DNA of 64,000 nt from an uncultured Bordetella sp. (lineage in GTDB: Bacteria; Pseudomonadota; Alphaproteobacteria; Micropepsales; Micropepsaceae): positions 27,876 to 91,875 of the forward strand of contig CAZBRO010000015.1 of the NCBI GenBank assembly GCA_964494505.1, written 5' to 3'. Below the pieces are notes generated by a model. It saw only the letters and a list, made by a program, of their open reading frames with translations, had not been told where the DNA came from and searched no databases. Position numbers and translations under genes: made by a program. Position 1 is the stretch's first letter. Each line of letters starts with the position of its first letter. This document shows, piece by piece, positions 62,888 through 64,000 of the stretch.

Positions 62888-63427
62888 ATGAGATTCATGC
62901 GTGATGGAACATTTGCAAGATGCCTCGCCATGGTTATCGCGGCCGGTGGGCTCGTCTATTCACAGGTCACCGCGCAGGCTCAGGTGCCGGCTTCGATGCC
63001 CTTCGACAGTGCGGTCACGATTTCCGGGGGCGAAGCCGTCTGCACTGGCGTTAGCATGGAGGCGCGTGAGGATTCGCGCTGGAATGCATATCCGTTGAAG
63101 GTCGAGATTGCAGGCAAGGGCGGACAGTATCTTGGTGACGTGCAGGTCACGGTGTCCAAAGACGGTGCTGAAGTTGCAAAGGTGACCTGCGGCGGGCCGT
63201 GGCTGCTGTTCAAACTGCCCCCCGGCCGTTACCAGGTCGACGCCACCATCGAAGGCAGTACCGCTTCATCGTCCGCATATTCCCTAGCCGAGGGGCAAGG
63301 TCGCATCATATTGCGGTTCCCGGAAATGGGAGGAGCGATGGATAAGGAGGCCGCGTCGGGGTCCGAAGAAAATATTGCGGCGGGCCAAAATCCGAATTGG
63401 GAACGAGGGGCGCGTTTACGCCAGTGA
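62888..63427 (+). CDS. hypothetical secreted beta-sandwich protein (carboxypeptidase-regulatory-like fold suspected)
   Basis: ATG 62888 gives a signal peptide (MRFMRDGTFARCLAMVIAAGGLVYSQVTAQA). The pattern KLPPGRYQVDATIEG...RIILRF is typical of CarboxypepD_reg-like domains. This is a weak call. Confidence 0.5.
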   Translation: MRFMRDGTFARCLAMVIAAGGLVYSQVTAQAQVPASMPFDSAVTISGGEAVCTGVSMEAREDSRWNAYPLKVEIAGKGGQYLGDVQVTVSKDGAEVAKVTCGGPWLLFKLPPGRYQVDATIEGSTASSSAYSLAEGQGRIILRFPEMGGAMDKEAASGSEENIAAGQNPNWERGARLRQ

Positions 63428-63429
63428 AC

Positions 63430-64000
63430 ATGGGATTCCGCGTTGTGTATCGGATTCTGCTCTTCTCTCTTGCTCTTTGCGGGCTGGGTATCCGCGCCGA
63501 TGCCGGCGCTCCCGGGTGGAGTGTCCCCATTCTGGTTTACCACCGTTTTGAGCCTGATGCGCCCGGTCTGACGGCGATACCGCCATCGCTGTTTGCGGAG
63601 CAACTCGAGTGGTTAAAGACACATGACATCGCCGTGCTGCCGCTGCAAACGCTAGTCGCTGCGCTGAAACGGGGAACGCCGCCTGGCCAGCCGGCTGTCG
63701 TGCTGACCGCCGATGACGGCCATCGGTCGGTTTACAACGAGATGTATCCCTTGCTTCAGAAATATAATGTCCATGCCACGCTTTTCATCTATCCGTCCGC
63801 GATCTCGAATTCCGAAGAGGCGCTCACCTGGGAGCAACTCGAGGAAATGGTGAAGAGCGGCTTGGTCGATGTGCAATCGCACACCTATTGGCATCCCAAT
63901 TTCAATGTTGAAAAGCGCAGGCTCGATCCGGCCGCCTATAAAGAATTTGTCAATTCGCAACTGACTCGCTCGAAAGAACGGCTTGAAGCGCACCTGGGGA
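63430..64000 (+). CDS. polysaccharide deacetylase (NodB-homology, PgaB/IcaB-like), N-terminal 190 codons, truncated by the right edge
   Basis: Not in the ORF track because it runs off the edge. My translation from ATG 63430 gives MGFRVVYRILLFSLALCGLGIRADA (signal), then ILVYHRF...VVLTADDGHRSVYNEMYPLLQKYNVHATLFIYPSAI...LTWEQLEEMVKSGLVDVQSHTYWHPN. These contain the DD and H...H metal/catalytic motifs of the CE4 family. Confidence 0.85.
   Translation, partial: MGFRVVYRILLFSLALCGLGIRADAGAPGWSVPILVYHRFEPDAPGLTAIPPSLFAEQLEWLKTHDIAVLPLQTLVAALKRGTPPGQPAVVLTADDGHRSVYNEMYPLLQKYNVHATLFIYPSAISNSEEALTWEQLEEMVKSGLVDVQSHTYWHPNFNVEKRRLDPAAYKEFVNSQLTRSKERLEAHLG

Noticed and set aside
1-64000. CRISPR arrays, tRNA/rRNA genes, IS elements, prophage or defence-system genes
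   Set aside because: I looked for spaced identical repeats, cloverleaf-like GC-rich 75-nt blocks in the intergenic regions, transposase/integrase-like ORFs and nuclease/helicase/ATPase signatures. None were found. The only NTPase motifs belong to the two ABC exporters.

Overview
GC-rich bacterial chromosomal segment. The gene content suggests an alphaproteobacterium, but this is inference only. I support about 47 protein-coding genes. I saw no rRNA, tRNA, CRISPR array, IS element or integrase, and no recognisable DNA-binding regulator. Two edge-truncated genes are missing from the ORF track: cydA at the left edge and a polysaccharide deacetylase at the right edge.

Layout:
- 1-8.2 kb: cydA fragment, an NHL-propeller protein and two tandem IorAB-type molybdenum hydroxylase pairs.
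- 8.5-21.4 kb: polysaccharide locus with two hexapeptide acyltransferases, UDP-xylose synthase, galE, a GH-like/GT2/membrane fusion synthase, a heterodimer-type ABC exporter and two hypothetical proteins.
- 21.6-48.3 kb: accessory block built around seven paralogs of an uncharacterised secreted protein. Six of the seven begin their mature part with (I/V)PDF and end exactly at ...PDF (one ...ADF). They are interleaved with cytoplasmic TPR-fused transferases (two GT41 OGT-like and one methyltransferase; a fourth, a sulfotransferase, lies at 54.7 kb), TonB-dependent receptors, a PEP-CTERM protein, lipoproteins, a second NHL protein, and a Tat-exported ThDP enzyme followed by a small cytochrome-like gene.
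- 48.7-61.8 kb: phosphorus-scavenging-looking block with three tandem secreted PEBP proteins, phnX plus an FAD oxidoreductase, a divergent permease, a TBDR / TPR-sulfotransferase / PhnZ-like HD operon, and a Tat phospholipase C. Pho-box-like repeats sit in the divergent promoters.
- 61.9-64 kb: SDR, a secreted beta-rich protein and the deacetylase fragment.

Best candidates for something undescribed:
1. The PDF-tail family together with the TPR-fused transferases.
2. The periplasmic ThDP enzyme plus cytochrome pair.
3. An AEP/phosphonate cluster that lacks both PhnW and PhnY.

All family assignments come from motif recognition by eye. No searches were run.
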